NCBI GenBank assembly: GCA_030704615.1
Contig: CM060734.1
Location: 21,142,001-21,206,000 of the forward strand
Source: Takakia lepidozioides
Lineage: Eukaryota > Plantae > Bryophyta
Reading direction: 5' to 3'
Length of the DNA: 64,000 nt
How positions within the stretch are numbered: the first letter of the stretch is position 1; the number at the start of each line of letters is the position of its first letter. A program made the position numbers and the translations under genes. Positions 62,620 through 64,000 of the stretch are shown one piece after another. Below the pieces are notes generated by a model. The model had not been told where the DNA came from. It ran no database searches and worked only from the letters and a program-made list of their open reading frames with translations.

Positions 62620-64000
62620 GAGGTAATTCGGAGCGCTGCACGATGGAATTCCGGCGGCGGATTTCCATCCTGCAGTAATTCGGAGCGCAGTAGGATGGAT
62701 ATCCGGCGCCGAATTTCCATCCGCGGAGGAAGGGCGGCGGTGGAATTTCCCTCACGCAGGTAATTCGGAAGCCCGCGGATGGAAATCCGGCGCCGAATTC
62801 CATCCGCGGAGGTAGGGCGGCGTGGTAAATTTCCCTCACGCAGGTAATTCGGAAGCCCGCGGATGGAAATCCGGCGCCGAATTTCCATCCGCGGAGGTAG
62901 GCGGCGCTGGAAATTTCCCTCACGCAGGTAATTCGGAAGCGCGCGGATGGAAATCCGCGCCGAATTTCCATCCGCGGAGGTAGGGCGGCGCTGGAAATTT
63001 CCTCACGCAGGTAATTCGGAAGCGTGCGGATGGAAATCCGGCGCCGAATTTCCATCCGCGCAGGTAGGCGGTGCGCCAAATTTCCCTCACGCAGGTAATT
63101 TGGAAGCGCGCGGATGGAAATCCGGCGCCGAATTTCCATCCGCGGAGGTAGGGCGGCGCTGGAAATTTCCCTCACGCAGGTAATTCGGAAGCGCGCGGAT
63201 GGAAATCCGGCGCCGAATTTCCATCCCGCGGAGGTAGGGCGGCGCTGGAAATTTCCCCCTCACGCAGGTAATTCGGAAGCGTGCGGATGGAAATCCGGCG
63301 CCGAATTTCCATCCGCGGAGGTAGGGAGGCGGCGCTGGAAATTTCCCTCACGCAGGTAATTCGGAAGCGCGCGGATGAATCCGGCGCCGAATTTCCATCC
63401 TGCAGGTAATTCGAATCCCGGATGAATGGAAATTCGGCGCCGAATTTCCATCCAGCAGGTATGGAATCTCGATGGATGGAGATTCGGCGCCGAATTTCAT
63501 CAGCAGGTAAGTCGGATCGGTGCCGTATGGATATTCGGCGCCGAATTTCCATTCGCCATGTATTTCTGCGCGAGGAATTACCTTCGTGCAGGTATTCCCA
63601 TATAAGAATTACCTTCCTTCCTGCAGTATTCCAGATGAGAATTACCTTCGTGTAGGTAATTATGGGACGATGAATTAACATCGATTGGAATTACCTCAGG
63701 AAGGTAATTCTCATCTGAAAATTACCTGCACGAAGGTAATTCTCATCTGGGAATTACCTGCAGGAAGGTATTCTTATATGGGAATTACCTGCCAAAGGTA
63801 ATTCCTTCCCTCGCGCAGAAATACATGGCGAATGGAATTCGGCGCCGATCCCATCCATCCGAGATTCCACTTACCTGCTGGATGGAATTCGGCGTTGAAT
63901 TTTCCATTCCTCGGGATTCGAATACCTGCAGGATTGAAATCGGCGCCGAATCTCCATCCATCCGGGTTTCCACTTACCTGCTGGATGGAAATTCGGCGCC
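62620..64000. repeat. Palindrome-containing ~84-bp tandem repeat plus degenerate palindrome cluster
   Basis: About 9 units of GGATGGAAATCCGGCGCCGAATTTCCATCC-GCGGAGGTAGGGCGGCGCTGGAAATTTCCCTCACGCAGGTAATTCGGAAGCGCGC at 62690-63410, followed by further palindromes and AGGTAATT/AATTACCT motifs to the window end. Confidence 0.95.

Noticed and set aside
62468-63973. Repetitive ORFs (MEIRRRISI...) as proteins
   Set aside because: Translations of palindromic tandem repeats, open on both strands, with frame-breaking indels between units.

Overview
Eukaryotic nuclear DNA from a land plant, most likely a non-seed plant (bryophyte or lycophyte). The window holds one intact host gene in a nested transposon graveyard. 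The gene is an 8-coding-exon clock pseudo-response regulator (CDS 28091-33734, +) that keeps the phospho-acceptor Asp. The TE debris comprises Ty3/Gypsy fragments, solo LTRs, a TIR/TSD-bounded non-autonomous MULE, a MITE, CACTA, hAT and pogo-like transposase remnants, a ~1-kb satellite and a GCM-finger/MULE/SWIM transposase. The most striking signal is a spliced gene family that joins a ParB/Sulfiredoxin-like domain (WDGNHRLLA) to a beta-class amino (N4C/N6A) DNA-methyltransferase-like domain with a variant DIPDG motif IV. Three related pieces are present: near-full-length at 55.5-61.7 kb, the ParB half at 36.1-38.7 kb head-to-head with the MULE transposase, and the MTase part at 0.45-1.2 kb. 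Two of the pieces are flanked or interrupted by dense arrays of their own CG-rich palindrome, e.g. the perfect 30-bp GGATGGAAATTCGGCGCCGAATTTCCATCC. This suggests a transposon-borne ParB/parS-like DNA-modification or anti-silencing module. All domain calls are by-eye motif recognition; no database search was run.
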